Source: Candidatus Spongiisociaceae bacterium
Lineage (GTDB): Bacteria > Actinomycetota > Acidimicrobiia > Spongiisociales > Spongiisociaceae
Direction of reading: 5' to 3'
Assembly: GCA_965219685.1 (NCBI GenBank)
Contig: CBDCOH010000002.1
Span: forward strand, 1,824,001-1,888,000
Length of the DNA: 64,000 bases
How positions within the stretch are numbered: the stretch's first letter is position 1; each line of letters begins with the position of its first letter. The translations under genes and the position numbers were made by a program. The notes under the pieces were generated by a model. That model worked only from the letters and a program-made list of their open reading frames with translations, was not told where the DNA came from and made no database searches. Positions 8,289 through 17,447 of the stretch are shown piece by piece.

Positions 8289-9271
8289 ATCACCTCGGTG
8301 TCCTCGTGCCGGACGATCAGCGTCCGGTGAGGGAAGGGCATCTCGATACCGGCGGCATCCAAAGCCTCCTTGATCCGCAGGCGTAACTCACGTTCGGTCC
8401 GCCACTGGACGGAAGGCCTGGTCTTGGCCCGGACCCTTATGAAGATCCCGGATTCACCTAGGGCCTGAACACCTTTGACCTGGGGCGGTTCGGACAGTTC
8501 GTCGTCGCCCCACTCCGGGTCCTCCCACATCTCCTGCCCGGCCTGGCGGATCACTTGCATGGCCTGGCGGAGATCGCAGTCGTACGAGACTTCTATGTCG
8601 ACCTGGGCCCTGGCCCAGAGCTGCGAGAAGTTCGCCAGGTGGGCGATCTTGCCGTTGGGAATCGTCCAGACGACTCCCTGACGAGTCCGGATCGAGGTGG
8701 ACCGGAGCGATACCCTCTCCACAGTCCCCCGACCCTTGCCGAAATCGATGTCGTCCCCGACGCTGTAGGTGTCTTCCATCATCATGAACAGGCCGCTCAG
8801 GAAGTCCCTCACGATCTCCTGCGACCCGAATCCTATGGCGACCCCGACGATTCCGGCGCCCGCGATGAGCGGGCCCAGGTTGATACCGAGTTGGCCCAAA
8901 GCCAGCAGCCCGGTGAACGACCATATGGCGATCATGGCCACACTGCGGAGAACGGTGGCCAGGGTGTCGGCCCGGGCCTTGGCTCGCAACTCCTCCGCCT
9001 CTTGCGAGACCAGGGGATCGCGTCCTACGTCCCTGAGTGACGGCCTGTCGATCCTGTCCCGGAAGTGCTCGATCGCCCTCCTTACAAGGCGGGACACGAG
9101 CCATCCGACCGCCAGTATTAACAGGACCGTCAGCCCGCGTTCGACGAACCATGCAGACAGCCCTGCCAGCAGGCCGCTACCCGACCACTCGTAGACCCTT
9201 TGGCATACGATGCTCGGTTGGTCGCCGCAGACCGCTGGCGCTCCGGTGCCGGTTTGGGCTAGAACGATCAT
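8285..9271 (-). CDS. Small-conductance mechanosensitive channel (MscS family)
   Basis: Motif AGAGIVGVAIGFGSQEIVRDFLSG...GTVERVSLRST...IPNG...MPFP. Confidence 0.92.
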   Translation of the reverse strand: MIVLAQTGTGAPAVCGDQPSIVCQRVYEWSGSGLLAGLSAWFVERGLTVLLILAVGWLVSRLVRRAIEHFRDRIDRPSLRDVGRDPLVSQEAEELRAKARADTLATVLRSVAMIAIWSFTGLLALGQLGINLGPLIAGAGIVGVAIGFGSQEIVRDFLSGLFMMMEDTYSVGDDIDFGKGRGTVERVSLRSTSIRTRQGVVWTIPNGKIAHLANFSQLWARAQVDIEVSYDCDLRQAMQVIRQAGQEMWEDPEWGDDELSEPPQVKGVQALGESGIFIRVRAKTRPSVQWRTERELRLRIKEALDAAGIEMPFPHRTLIVRHEDTEVI

Positions 9272-9367
9272 TGGACACCTACGCTTGTCTTCGGGGAACG
9301 AGCCAACGGATTGGCGTCGGCGCAGAGCCTAGTCCGGTGGCCGGTGGCCGGTTGCCGTGTCACGACA

Positions 9368-9601
9368 ACCACACCTAGCTCATCGTGACAAGGACCTAGC
9401 TCGGTAATCGAGTACCGTCAAGAGTTAGCACCATTCACCATTCACCATTCACCATTCACCATTCACCATTCACCATTCACCATTCACCATTCACCATTCA
9501 CCATTCACCATTCACCATTCACCATTCACCATTCACCATTCACCATTCACCATTCACCATTCACCATTCACCATTCACCATTCACCATTCACCATTCACC
9601 A
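9368..9601 (+). repeat. Conserved ~60-bp leader plus (CACCATT)24 heptamer array
   Basis: Perfect array at 9429-9601 (24 full units plus 5 bp). The leader is similar to 18097-18161. Confidence 0.95.
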
Positions 9602-9626
9602 GCCCCACGGACAACCGACAACGGGC

Positions 9627-10520
9627 TCAGGATGTGGCTTGTTCTACCCTTAGCTTGAAGGTGCGTGCGGAGTGCTGATCCAACGCCCAGTCCACCTGGA
9701 TGACCTCGGGCAGCGAGGCCACCTGCTCGTCCGAAAGTCCCAAGGCGTGGGTCGTCACCAGAACATCACCGGATCCCAGGTCCGGGATGCCATCCGCTCC
9801 TCCCAGGTGAGCCTCGATAGAACCCGAGAAATACTGGCGGACGAGCGACGAGATCCGCTCAATACCCCGCCTGGTGGGTAGGACCACCACCACCCGGCAC
9901 CGCGGGTCGATCGTGGCGATGCGGCGGAGCACACCGGCGGCCGGAACGAAGTTGAGTTCCACGACCCGGTCGAGGCCCGGAGACTTGGCGGCCACATCGG
10001 CGAGATGGAAGAGAGGGACCGCGACCACGTCGAACGTCTCGGTCCAGTCGTCGGCCAGTTCGTCGAGGAGGAGCGGCTCGACCGCCACCCCGGTGGCGTT
10101 CTCGACAATCCGGAACATGCGGCCTAGATCGAACGGGTTGCACTCGGCGAAGGCGACCCTGGTGGTAGTCGTCACCGAGGCGAGAGCCTTCTCGAACATC
10201 CGCTCTATCAGAATCCGGTCGTACCCCGCGGCGGAAGCCCTCGAAACAACGCTGGTCAGGTCCTCCACGATCTTCGACTCGGAGTCGATCCGAGCCGGTT
10301 GGGTGGCGGTCACGAAGGTCCCCCGGCGTTCCTCGGTCCGCACCAGCCCGTCGGCGGACAACCGTCTCAGAGCCCTGCTCACCGTGGAGGGATTCGAACC
10401 GAAGGCAGCCGCCAGGTCCCGGCAGGAAGGTAGGCGCGCGCCCAGCGGGAAGGCGCCGGCGCCGAGCCGCTCGAGGATCAGGAGATAGATGTCGTCGACC
10501 GATCGGGAAGCGCGGTTCAT
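9627..10520 (-). CDS. GntR-family transcriptional regulator
   Basis: wHTH motif GARLPSCRDLAAAFGSNPSTVSRALRRL...GTFV. ATGA overlap with the upstream gene. Confidence 0.88.
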   Translation of the reverse strand: MNRASRSVDDIYLLILERLGAGAFPLGARLPSCRDLAAAFGSNPSTVSRALRRLSADGLVRTEERRGTFVTATQPARIDSESKIVEDLTSVVSRASAAGYDRILIERMFEKALASVTTTTRVAFAECNPFDLGRMFRIVENATGVAVEPLLLDELADDWTETFDVVAVPLFHLADVAAKSPGLDRVVELNFVPAAGVLRRIATIDPRCRVVVVLPTRRGIERISSLVRQYFSGSIEAHLGGADGIPDLGSGDVLVTTHALGLSDEQVASLPEVIQVDWALDQHSARTFKLRVEQATS

Positions 10521-11488
10521 GGTCTGGTTCCAATGTAGAGGGTCAGGGGATCCTCGCACGGCAACCGCTCGATACCGCAGAATCCCGCTTCGCTCAGCAT
10601 GGCCTCGAGGGTTGCCCGCGAGTGAGCCGCTCCCCCGGTCTCGACGCGCATCATCAGGTCGAACAGCGACCCGAACGCCCCCGGGCCGCTGTCGGCCGAG
10701 AAGTCGTTGACCACCACCCGGCCCCCGGATACGAGCGCGTTCCGTACCCGCTGCAGCAGGTCCACACCCGTCTCCGGTGGTAGGTCGTGCAGGAGGTGCG
10801 ACACCAGAGCGGCATCCACCGACACGGGGGCAACACCGCAGGAAGGATGATCGAAGAGGTCGACCCCGACAACCGAGACACCTGTGCTCGCCAACCGGTC
10901 CGCCGCCCATGCCGCCACCGGGGGGAGATCAACCAGGGTGACATCCGACCCGGCCGCATCGAGCAGGCGCGAATACGTACCGAGCCCGCCGCCCACGTCG
11001 AGCACCCGTTTGCCCGGGGCCAGCTCAGCCAGTTCGTGGAGGGGCGGGCCGCCGATCCTGGCAAGCACATCGAGCGCCTCGAGGAAAGCCAGAGCCCTCC
11101 CGGGACGGGTTCTCAACTGCGATCTCCACGGTTCCATCGCGGCCTGTCCCTCCAGGACGACCTTGTCGAGGCGGGTCCACGCCTCCGCGAAGACCGCTTC
11201 CTTGGCCACGACCAGTGCCATCTCGCCGTCCGGTCCCAGGCGAGCGGCCACGTAGCCGGTGGCGGAGTAGCCATCGGGGGTGGCCTCCGCGAGCCCCAAC
11301 GACACCAGTGCATCCAGCAGCGCGGCGAGGTTCGACGGATCCGCCGACAGTTCCCGAGCCAGGTCTGCCGCTGATCGGGGAGCTCCGGGCAGGACCTCGA
11401 ACAGCCCGACTCGTTGGGCGGCGGCGATCACGGCCGCCGGCTGGTAGCCCGTTATCAAGTCGATCAGGTCCCAGTCGTTGTCGATCAT
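10517..11488 (-). CDS. SAM-dependent O-methyltransferase (dimerisation plus methyltransferase domain)
   Basis: N-terminal wHTH-like dimerisation region. Motifs VLDVGGGLG and SHLLHD. Confidence 0.88.
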   Translation of the reverse strand: MIDNDWDLIDLITGYQPAAVIAAAQRVGLFEVLPGAPRSAADLARELSADPSNLAALLDALVSLGLAEATPDGYSATGYVAARLGPDGEMALVVAKEAVFAEAWTRLDKVVLEGQAAMEPWRSQLRTRPGRALAFLEALDVLARIGGPPLHELAELAPGKRVLDVGGGLGTYSRLLDAAGSDVTLVDLPPVAAWAADRLASTGVSVVGVDLFDHPSCGVAPVSVDAALVSHLLHDLPPETGVDLLQRVRNALVSGGRVVVNDFSADSGPGAFGSLFDLMMRVETGGAAHSRATLEAMLSEAGFCGIERLPCEDPLTLYIGTRP

Positions 11489-13059
11489 CGGCGTCTCAAC
11501 GTTCGATAGAGGCGCCAGCCACGCCGGGCCGCCGACAGGCCGGACAACCTGGCGCGCCTCGAACTCCTGCGACCGAGATCCCCGAGCACGGCCATCGCGG
11601 CGTTCTTGCCGGGCATGCCGGACAGACCACCGCCGGGGAAGGTACCGGCGCCTGACAGGTAGAGCCATGGCGCCTCGGTGCGGTATCCGAGAGCGGTGGG
11701 AGGGCGGCGCGAGAACATCTGGTCGAGGGTCATGTCGATGTGGTTGGGATTTCCGGAGACCGCCCCGGTGCGCCTCTCCCATGCCTGCGGTCCGGTCACC
11801 CGCATGTCGACCATCCGATCCCTGATGTCGTCCCCGGTGATAGAGGCGAAACTGTCCAGAACCCGCTCCGCGGTGGCCATGAGGCCGGCTTCCGTCCATT
11901 CCCCGCCGTGGAGGCGGGCAGGCACGAACGTCGACATCCACGCGGTCCCACCACCCGGGGGCGCCCCCGAGGGATCGAGCGCGGACGGTGACGCCCACAG
12001 GATGGACGGCTCGGAGGGTAAGAGACCGGCCGCGATCTCACCGAAGGAGCGGGTCATGGCGCCCGGCCGGGGCTGGAGCAGCCAGATCGCCTCCGCAGGC
12101 CCGAAGCCGCCAGGTGTCGCCCGTGCGGACAGTGCCAGGTCGACCTTGAACTCGGCCACGTTCAGCGAGCCGCTGGTCGCCTCCCTCGCACCGGCTTCTA
12201 GAGCAGGCAGGCCGGAGACCACGAGACGGCTCGTGCGTGCGATGTCGAGAGTGGAGACCACAACATCGAACCGGTGGTCACCGGTCGCGGAGGTCCGCAA
12301 CGCCACACCACCCTGAGCCCCGTCGATCGATACCACGGCATCGCCGGTGCGGAGGCTTCCTCCGGCAGCTTCGAGCGACTTGGCCAAGGCTTGGATCAGT
12401 TTCTCCGAGCCCCCGACGGGGCGCCCCGGACCGTGTCCGTGCGACCCGGCCAGCAGGAGGCCGAACAGTCCGGTCCCGGGGAGCCAGGGGGGCAGTTGGG
12501 CGAACGAGCCGTACATGGTGAGGGCCGCGGCCAGGTGCTGATCGCTGATGTGGTCGCCCACGATCTTCTCGGACGAACCAAGGATGAGGCCCATGGGGTC
12601 GATGCCTCCGATGGGGCCCAGTCGGGCTATGTCGACAAGTGAGGGACCCGCCGACAACCCGTCGAGGATCGCCAGCAGGTCCGATCCGACCGTTGCGAGC
12701 GTTCTGTACCCGGCGATGTCATCCTGCCCCAGACCGGCGAAGCCCTCCAGCGTCGTATCGAGGTCCCGGTGGAACAGCAAGCTTGTCCCGTCCCCGTATC
12801 CGGCACCGGCTGTCACATCCCGGAAGGCGTACTCCAGCCCGAACCGACCGAGGTCCAGTTCCTCCGCCACCGACAGTATCGCGCCGTGGTCGATCGCCCC
12901 ACGTTCGATCCGATGGCCCGAAGGCAGTTGTTCGGTCCAGATGCACCCGCCCGCGGTCGGGTTCGCTTCGAAGACCGTGACGTCGAGGCCGGCGTTGGCC
13001 AGGTAACAGGCACAGACCAGCCCGTTGTGCCCTCCGCCGATGACGGAGACCCTGGTCAT
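11485..13059 (-). CDS. FAD-dependent oxidoreductase (phytoene desaturase/COG1233 family)
   Basis: Rossmann motif VIGGGHNGLVCACYLA. C-terminal LYLSGAGTFPGGGLSGMPG. Confidence 0.9.
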   Translation of the reverse strand: MTRVSVIGGGHNGLVCACYLANAGLDVTVFEANPTAGGCIWTEQLPSGHRIERGAIDHGAILSVAEELDLGRFGLEYAFRDVTAGAGYGDGTSLLFHRDLDTTLEGFAGLGQDDIAGYRTLATVGSDLLAILDGLSAGPSLVDIARLGPIGGIDPMGLILGSSEKIVGDHISDQHLAAALTMYGSFAQLPPWLPGTGLFGLLLAGSHGHGPGRPVGGSEKLIQALAKSLEAAGGSLRTGDAVVSIDGAQGGVALRTSATGDHRFDVVVSTLDIARTSRLVVSGLPALEAGAREATSGSLNVAEFKVDLALSARATPGGFGPAEAIWLLQPRPGAMTRSFGEIAAGLLPSEPSILWASPSALDPSGAPPGGGTAWMSTFVPARLHGGEWTEAGLMATAERVLDSFASITGDDIRDRMVDMRVTGPQAWERRTGAVSGNPNHIDMTLDQMFSRRPPTALGYRTEAPWLYLSGAGTFPGGGLSGMPGKNAAMAVLGDLGRRSSRRARLSGLSAARRGWRLYRTLRRR

Positions 13060-14444
13060 AGGAAGGAGTGGACGCCGCTGAGGCCCGCGCTAGCCGCGAC
13101 CGCCCTGGCCAGGAAGCGGCCGCGGGCGATCTGGTCTGCTTCGTCGACGGTGGTGAGCCGGCCATCGGCGAGCAACCGGCGCCCGTCCACCCATACGTTG
13201 CTCACCGACTGCGGTCCGGCGCAGTAGACGACCTGCTGGTAGGGATCGTGGATGGCGGCCAACTCGACCGTGGGATCGAGAAGGACGACGTCGGCGCGCT
13301 TTCGCGGTTCGAGGCTGCCGACCCTGCTGTCGATCCCCAATGCTCGGGCCCCTCCGAGCGTTGCCATCTCCAACGCGTCGACGGCGGACATGACGGCCGG
13401 ATCCAGATGATGAACCTTCTGTAGCAGTGCCGCCATCTTCACCGCTTCGAACATGTTCTGGGAGTCGTTGGAGGCTGGTCCGTCCGTGCCGATCCCGACC
13501 GCCAGCCCTGCCGAGACCAGCCGGGCGAGCGGGCAGACTCCGGAACCGAGGATCATGTTGGCGACCGGGTTGTGCGCCACGGACGCGCCATGGGCGGAGA
13601 GCAGGTCGATGTCCTCTTGGGTGATCCATATCAGGTGGGCGGCCAGCATCGGAACGTCGAGAAACCCGAGCGCCGCGGCCTGGGGCACCGGGCGTCTCCC
13701 CCACCGCAGCGAGGCATGAACCACCTCCTCCCTTACCTCCGCCAGATGGGTGTGCACCCCCCAACCGTTCCGGCGGCACGCGGCCGCACCGGCCTCGAGG
13801 AGTCCGTCGGACTGGCCGAGCAGCGTCCCGATCCCGTACCGGAAGTCGAGGAGTTCCGACTCCCCGGCGAGCCGGGCCAGGTCATGTTGCTCGTCTAGGA
13901 CCTCTTCGATCGGCATGGGCGGAGTCTCGCTGGTCCCCCCGAGCGCGTCCTCGGCGCCGAAGCTGACCGTGCCCCGCAACCCCACCTCGCTGAGACCTCC
14001 GGCAACGCCGAGCGAAGCCCTCGTCCCGGGGTTGGAGTGCACGAACATGTCGTTCACGCAGGTGATCCCGCTCCGGATCATCTCGATCGCCTTCAGGCGG
14101 GTCCCCTCCCGGGCCATCTCGGCGGTGAGGCTCTGAGACACAGGAGTGACGATGTCCTCACCCCATTCGTACAGGGTCTTCTCCGAACCCATGCCCGGCA
14201 CCAACGCCTCGGAGAGGTGGGTGTGGACGTTGACCATTCCAGGCATGACGATCCCGAACCCGTCCCCCACCACCGTCGCGGCGGGATCGATGGCCCGCAG
14301 CCGGTTGTAAGGACCGACGTCGGTGATGGCTCCGGCTTCGATACGGACCGCGCCATCCTCCAGCGGGGGACCCCCGCCCATGGTGAGCACCCAGGCACCC
14401 CGAACCACCACCGTCTCCCGGGGCGGCAGGGCGGCCACCGTCAA
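13056..14444 (-). CDS. Metal-dependent amidohydrolase/deaminase, paralogue of 2102-3454
   Basis: Motifs PGMVNVHTH, HTHLAE, HNPVAN, GTDG. Confidence 0.9.
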   Translation of the reverse strand: MTVAALPPRETVVVRGAWVLTMGGGPPLEDGAVRIEAGAITDVGPYNRLRAIDPAATVVGDGFGIVMPGMVNVHTHLSEALVPGMGSEKTLYEWGEDIVTPVSQSLTAEMAREGTRLKAIEMIRSGITCVNDMFVHSNPGTRASLGVAGGLSEVGLRGTVSFGAEDALGGTSETPPMPIEEVLDEQHDLARLAGESELLDFRYGIGTLLGQSDGLLEAGAAACRRNGWGVHTHLAEVREEVVHASLRWGRRPVPQAAALGFLDVPMLAAHLIWITQEDIDLLSAHGASVAHNPVANMILGSGVCPLARLVSAGLAVGIGTDGPASNDSQNMFEAVKMAALLQKVHHLDPAVMSAVDALEMATLGGARALGIDSRVGSLEPRKRADVVLLDPTVELAAIHDPYQQVVYCAGPQSVSNVWVDGRRLLADGRLTTVDEADQIARGRFLARAVAASAGLSGVHSFL

Positions 14445-15700
14445 CCTGCGAGCGCAGCGATCGAGGAACCCAGCACTCCGATGAAGCGGTCTACCTCAGC
14501 ACGCCGGATCACCAGCGGCGGTGCGACCCGGACGGTTCCCGCCGAGTTCAGCATCGAACCGACCACCACACCCCTGCGGGCCATGTCGTCGACCAGCGGC
14601 TGGGCCATTCCGGCCGGATCGACGTCGAACGCGCACCACAGTCCGATCCCTCTGATCCCGACCAGGGTCTCGGGGTGCTGCTCCCGGACGGAGCGCAGAC
14701 CGTCCCGGAGGTACTCCCCCATCTCTGTGGCTCGCTCAACCAGGCCGTCCTGCTCGATCACGTCGAAGGCGGCCACCGCCGCCGCGCAGGAGATCGGGTT
14801 GCCCCCGAAGGTGGTCAGGTGCGAGAGAGGCGGGTCCAGGAACGTGGCAAAGATCTCGGCGGTGGAGATGAACGCCCCCAGGGGCAGGCCCCCGCCGAAG
14901 GCCTTGGCGATGGTGATCACGTCCGGGGTTACCCCCCAGTTCTGGCAAGAGAACCAGTGACCCGAGCGTCCCATTCCTCCCTGCACCTCGTCGCAGATCA
15001 GAAGGGCGCCCCGCTCGGAGCACAACTCCCGCAGTCCGGGGAGGAAACCGTCGGACGGGATCCTCACCCCCCCTTCGCCCTGGACCGGCTCCACGATGAC
15101 CGCGGCTATCTCGCCGTCGATGGCGGCATCGGCGGCGTCGAGATCGTCGAAGGGAACGAACCGAACCGGCTGCAGCAGCGGCTCGAAGGGCTTGCGCCAC
15201 TCCTCCTTCCACGTCACGGATAGCGACCCGAGCGTTCGACCGTGGAAGGAACGCTCGAACGCCACGAAACCCGGGCGGCCCGTGTACTTGCGGGCCAGCT
15301 TCAGCGCCCCCTCGGTGGCTTCGGTGCCGGTGCTGGTCAGGAACGCGACATCGAGATCGCCGGGCGTGACGGAAGCGAGGCGCCGGGCGATCTCCACCTG
15401 GGGCGGCAATGTGAAACGGCCGTACACGTCCACATGGGCGAACCGGTCGAGCTGGTCCTTGATCGCCTCCACGACCACTGGGTGGCAATGCCCGACGTTC
15501 GATACCGCAATGCCCGAGATCATGTCCAGCAGGACCTGGCCCTCGGCGGTCTTCAGCGAGCACCCGGCCGCGTCCACGATGACCCTCTCCTTGATACCGG
15601 GCACTGTCTGGCACAGGTGCGCCACGAAGTCGGATCGGTAGGCGTCGGCATCGGATCCGGACATCACCGGCCGGGTGTCGAGTTGTTTGAACCCGGTCAC
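14441..15700 (-). CDS. PLP-dependent class III aminotransferase
   Basis: Motifs SFHGRT, EPVQGEGG, DEVQGGMGRSG, and AKAFGGG (PLP Lys). GTGA overlap. Confidence 0.92.
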   Translation of the reverse strand: MTGFKQLDTRPVMSGSDADAYRSDFVAHLCQTVPGIKERVIVDAAGCSLKTAEGQVLLDMISGIAVSNVGHCHPVVVEAIKDQLDRFAHVDVYGRFTLPPQVEIARRLASVTPGDLDVAFLTSTGTEATEGALKLARKYTGRPGFVAFERSFHGRTLGSLSVTWKEEWRKPFEPLLQPVRFVPFDDLDAADAAIDGEIAAVIVEPVQGEGGVRIPSDGFLPGLRELCSERGALLICDEVQGGMGRSGHWFSCQNWGVTPDVITIAKAFGGGLPLGAFISTAEIFATFLDPPLSHLTTFGGNPISCAAAVAAFDVIEQDGLVERATEMGEYLRDGLRSVREQHPETLVGIRGIGLWCAFDVDPAGMAQPLVDDMARRGVVVGSMLNSAGTVRVAPPLVIRRAEVDRFIGVLGSSIAALAG

Positions 15701-16401
15701 TGTCCGTGACCCTGACCGGTAGCCGACCGCTCTCCGAAGGTCCGGAGCATCCATCGCTTCGCTCTTACCAGCTCGGCCCCCGAGTCCTCCATCCGCAGTT
15801 TCCACAGCCTCTCGGGTCTGGCCTCCATCCCGAAGAGGGCGCCCCGGGCCTGCACGACCACCCGAGCCCGTTCTTCCAGGAACCAGAGTCGGGTGGCGGC
15901 TTCGAGGAGATCGCCACCGACCGACAGAGCTCCGTTGGCCGCCAGGAGCATGCTGAAGTCGTCGCCCAGCGTCGCCGCTACCCGGTCGGCGTGCTCGTCG
16001 GACTTGACGAGTTCGATCTCCGGATGGACCCGCACCCCCGCGCCTGCGATGCCACCGAGCCCATGGAGAAGGGGCAGCCGCTCGTTGGTGACACCCCATA
16101 CCACGGCGAAGGGAGGATGGCCCCTGCAGATGGCCACGACTCCGGGACGGGCCCGGTAGATGGCATCGTGCATCGGCGCCTCAAGGGGAAGCCGGTCCAC
16201 CGGACCCCCCACCGGAACGCCCGCATCGACCACGACCACGTCCTCGGCCGTGCAATCGGACATGGGACGGGTGCTGGTGATCAGGAAACCTCGCTCGGTT
16301 CGAGCCGATACATGCCCGAACGCTTCGACCAATCCGGCCGACGCAATCATCCGGGCGGTGGCCGCCACGTCGCTACGCCTCGAACGCGAGACCGAGATCA
16401 T
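15697..16401 (-). CDS. Class II aldolase/adducin-family protein
   Basis: Motifs AFGHVSAR and PLEAPMHDAIYRARP. ATGA overlap. Confidence 0.85.
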   Translation of the reverse strand: MISVSRSRRSDVAATARMIASAGLVEAFGHVSARTERGFLITSTRPMSDCTAEDVVVVDAGVPVGGPVDRLPLEAPMHDAIYRARPGVVAICRGHPPFAVVWGVTNERLPLLHGLGGIAGAGVRVHPEIELVKSDEHADRVAATLGDDFSMLLAANGALSVGGDLLEAATRLWFLEERARVVVQARGALFGMEARPERLWKLRMEDSGAELVRAKRWMLRTFGERSATGQGHGQ

Positions 16402-17429
16402 CGGCTGTCGAGCCAGGCAACGAGGTGGGTCAGGCTCTCCGGAAGGCCGAGTGGGGTGTCGTTGCCGTCGCCCCTCGCGTAGATGGCTCGTACCGCGCCC
16501 GGGGTCGCCTTGCGGCCTTCGGAGCGGAGCCGGACCGCCAGCCGCGTGCGAGCCTCCTCCAGTTGGTCCTGGCTCGGCATGACCGTCACGAGGTCGGGCG
16601 CCGTTTCCAGGACACCCATGAGTTGGACCGGCCCCTCGAGCCCGCTCCGCGACATGGACAAGCCCTCCGCTCTCCGGAAGGCCCGGTCGGCCAGGAAGCT
16701 GCGATGTGTCAAGCCCGGAGACACCCAGGCGCCGATCGCCGCGTAGTACGGAGACAGCCTCGTCAGTGACTTCGCGATCACTTCTGCCAGGTAGTTGTGA
16801 GTCTCGGCGTAGGCTTGCCGTTCCGCGGGTCCCCACCTCCACTTGCCGTTGCTCAACGGGACGGCGGTGCAGTCCTCCCGCTCGGGCGAGACCGAGGTGC
16901 CCCTCGCCTCGAAGAGTCCGGGATCGTCGTAGGCAGCAGCCGGACTCCGACGCCCCTCCCAGTAGTAGATGTTGGAGTAGGGCACGATCGCCAGAGGTTC
17001 CGAAAGCACGAAACGGTCCAGGTACACGTTCCCCTTCTGCAGGGGACCGTCGTGCACCAGAGCCGGATGCTCACCTTCATCCAGGTAGTCGTGCAGGTCT
17101 ACGGGTGCCGCGGATGCACCGTGCGGCGCCCAGCCTGCCGCCAGCAGCGCCCCGTTGATGGCGCGATGCTCACGACTCGTCGAATACGGCTTGAACTTCG
17201 TGCAGGGGATCAGCAGCGCGACGCGACGGGCACCCGCCGCCGTGTCGGGCGGCGCCCACCGGTCCGCCACGTACTCGTGGAATGCGGCCACCTCGGGATG
17301 GCTCATCGCATCCCGATTGGCCTGCGGGGAGTAGAACCGCAGTGACGGATCCAACTCGAACGGTGGACGGATCTTTCGCGCCGACTCGTCCCAGCGGGAG
17401 TCGATCGTCGCTTGCTCTGTGATGGTCAT
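16398..17429 (-). CDS. Stand-alone DUF5591/ArcS-like catalytic-domain protein
   Basis: PCTKFKPYSTSREH matches the ArcS motif PCx3KPYx2Sx2H. SEPLAIVP...PAAAYD is a second ArcS-like segment. Confidence 0.75.
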   Translation of the reverse strand: MTITEQATIDSRWDESARKIRPPFELDPSLRFYSPQANRDAMSHPEVAAFHEYVADRWAPPDTAAGARRVALLIPCTKFKPYSTSREHRAINGALLAAGWAPHGASAAPVDLHDYLDEGEHPALVHDGPLQKGNVYLDRFVLSEPLAIVPYSNIYYWEGRRSPAAAYDDPGLFEARGTSVSPEREDCTAVPLSNGKWRWGPAERQAYAETHNYLAEVIAKSLTRLSPYYAAIGAWVSPGLTHRSFLADRAFRRAEGLSMSRSGLEGPVQLMGVLETAPDLVTVMPSQDQLEEARTRLAVRLRSEGRKATPGAVRAIYARGDGNDTPLGLPESLTHLVAWLDSR

Positions 17430-17447
17430 GGTTGCCTCCCGTCAGGT

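Noticed and set aside
9429-9601. CRISPR array
   Set aside because: Pure 7-bp tandem units with no spacers, and no cas genes in the window.
11485-13059. Carotenoid biosynthesis (crtI)
   Set aside because: No crtB or crtE nearby; the context is a small-molecule hydrolase operon.
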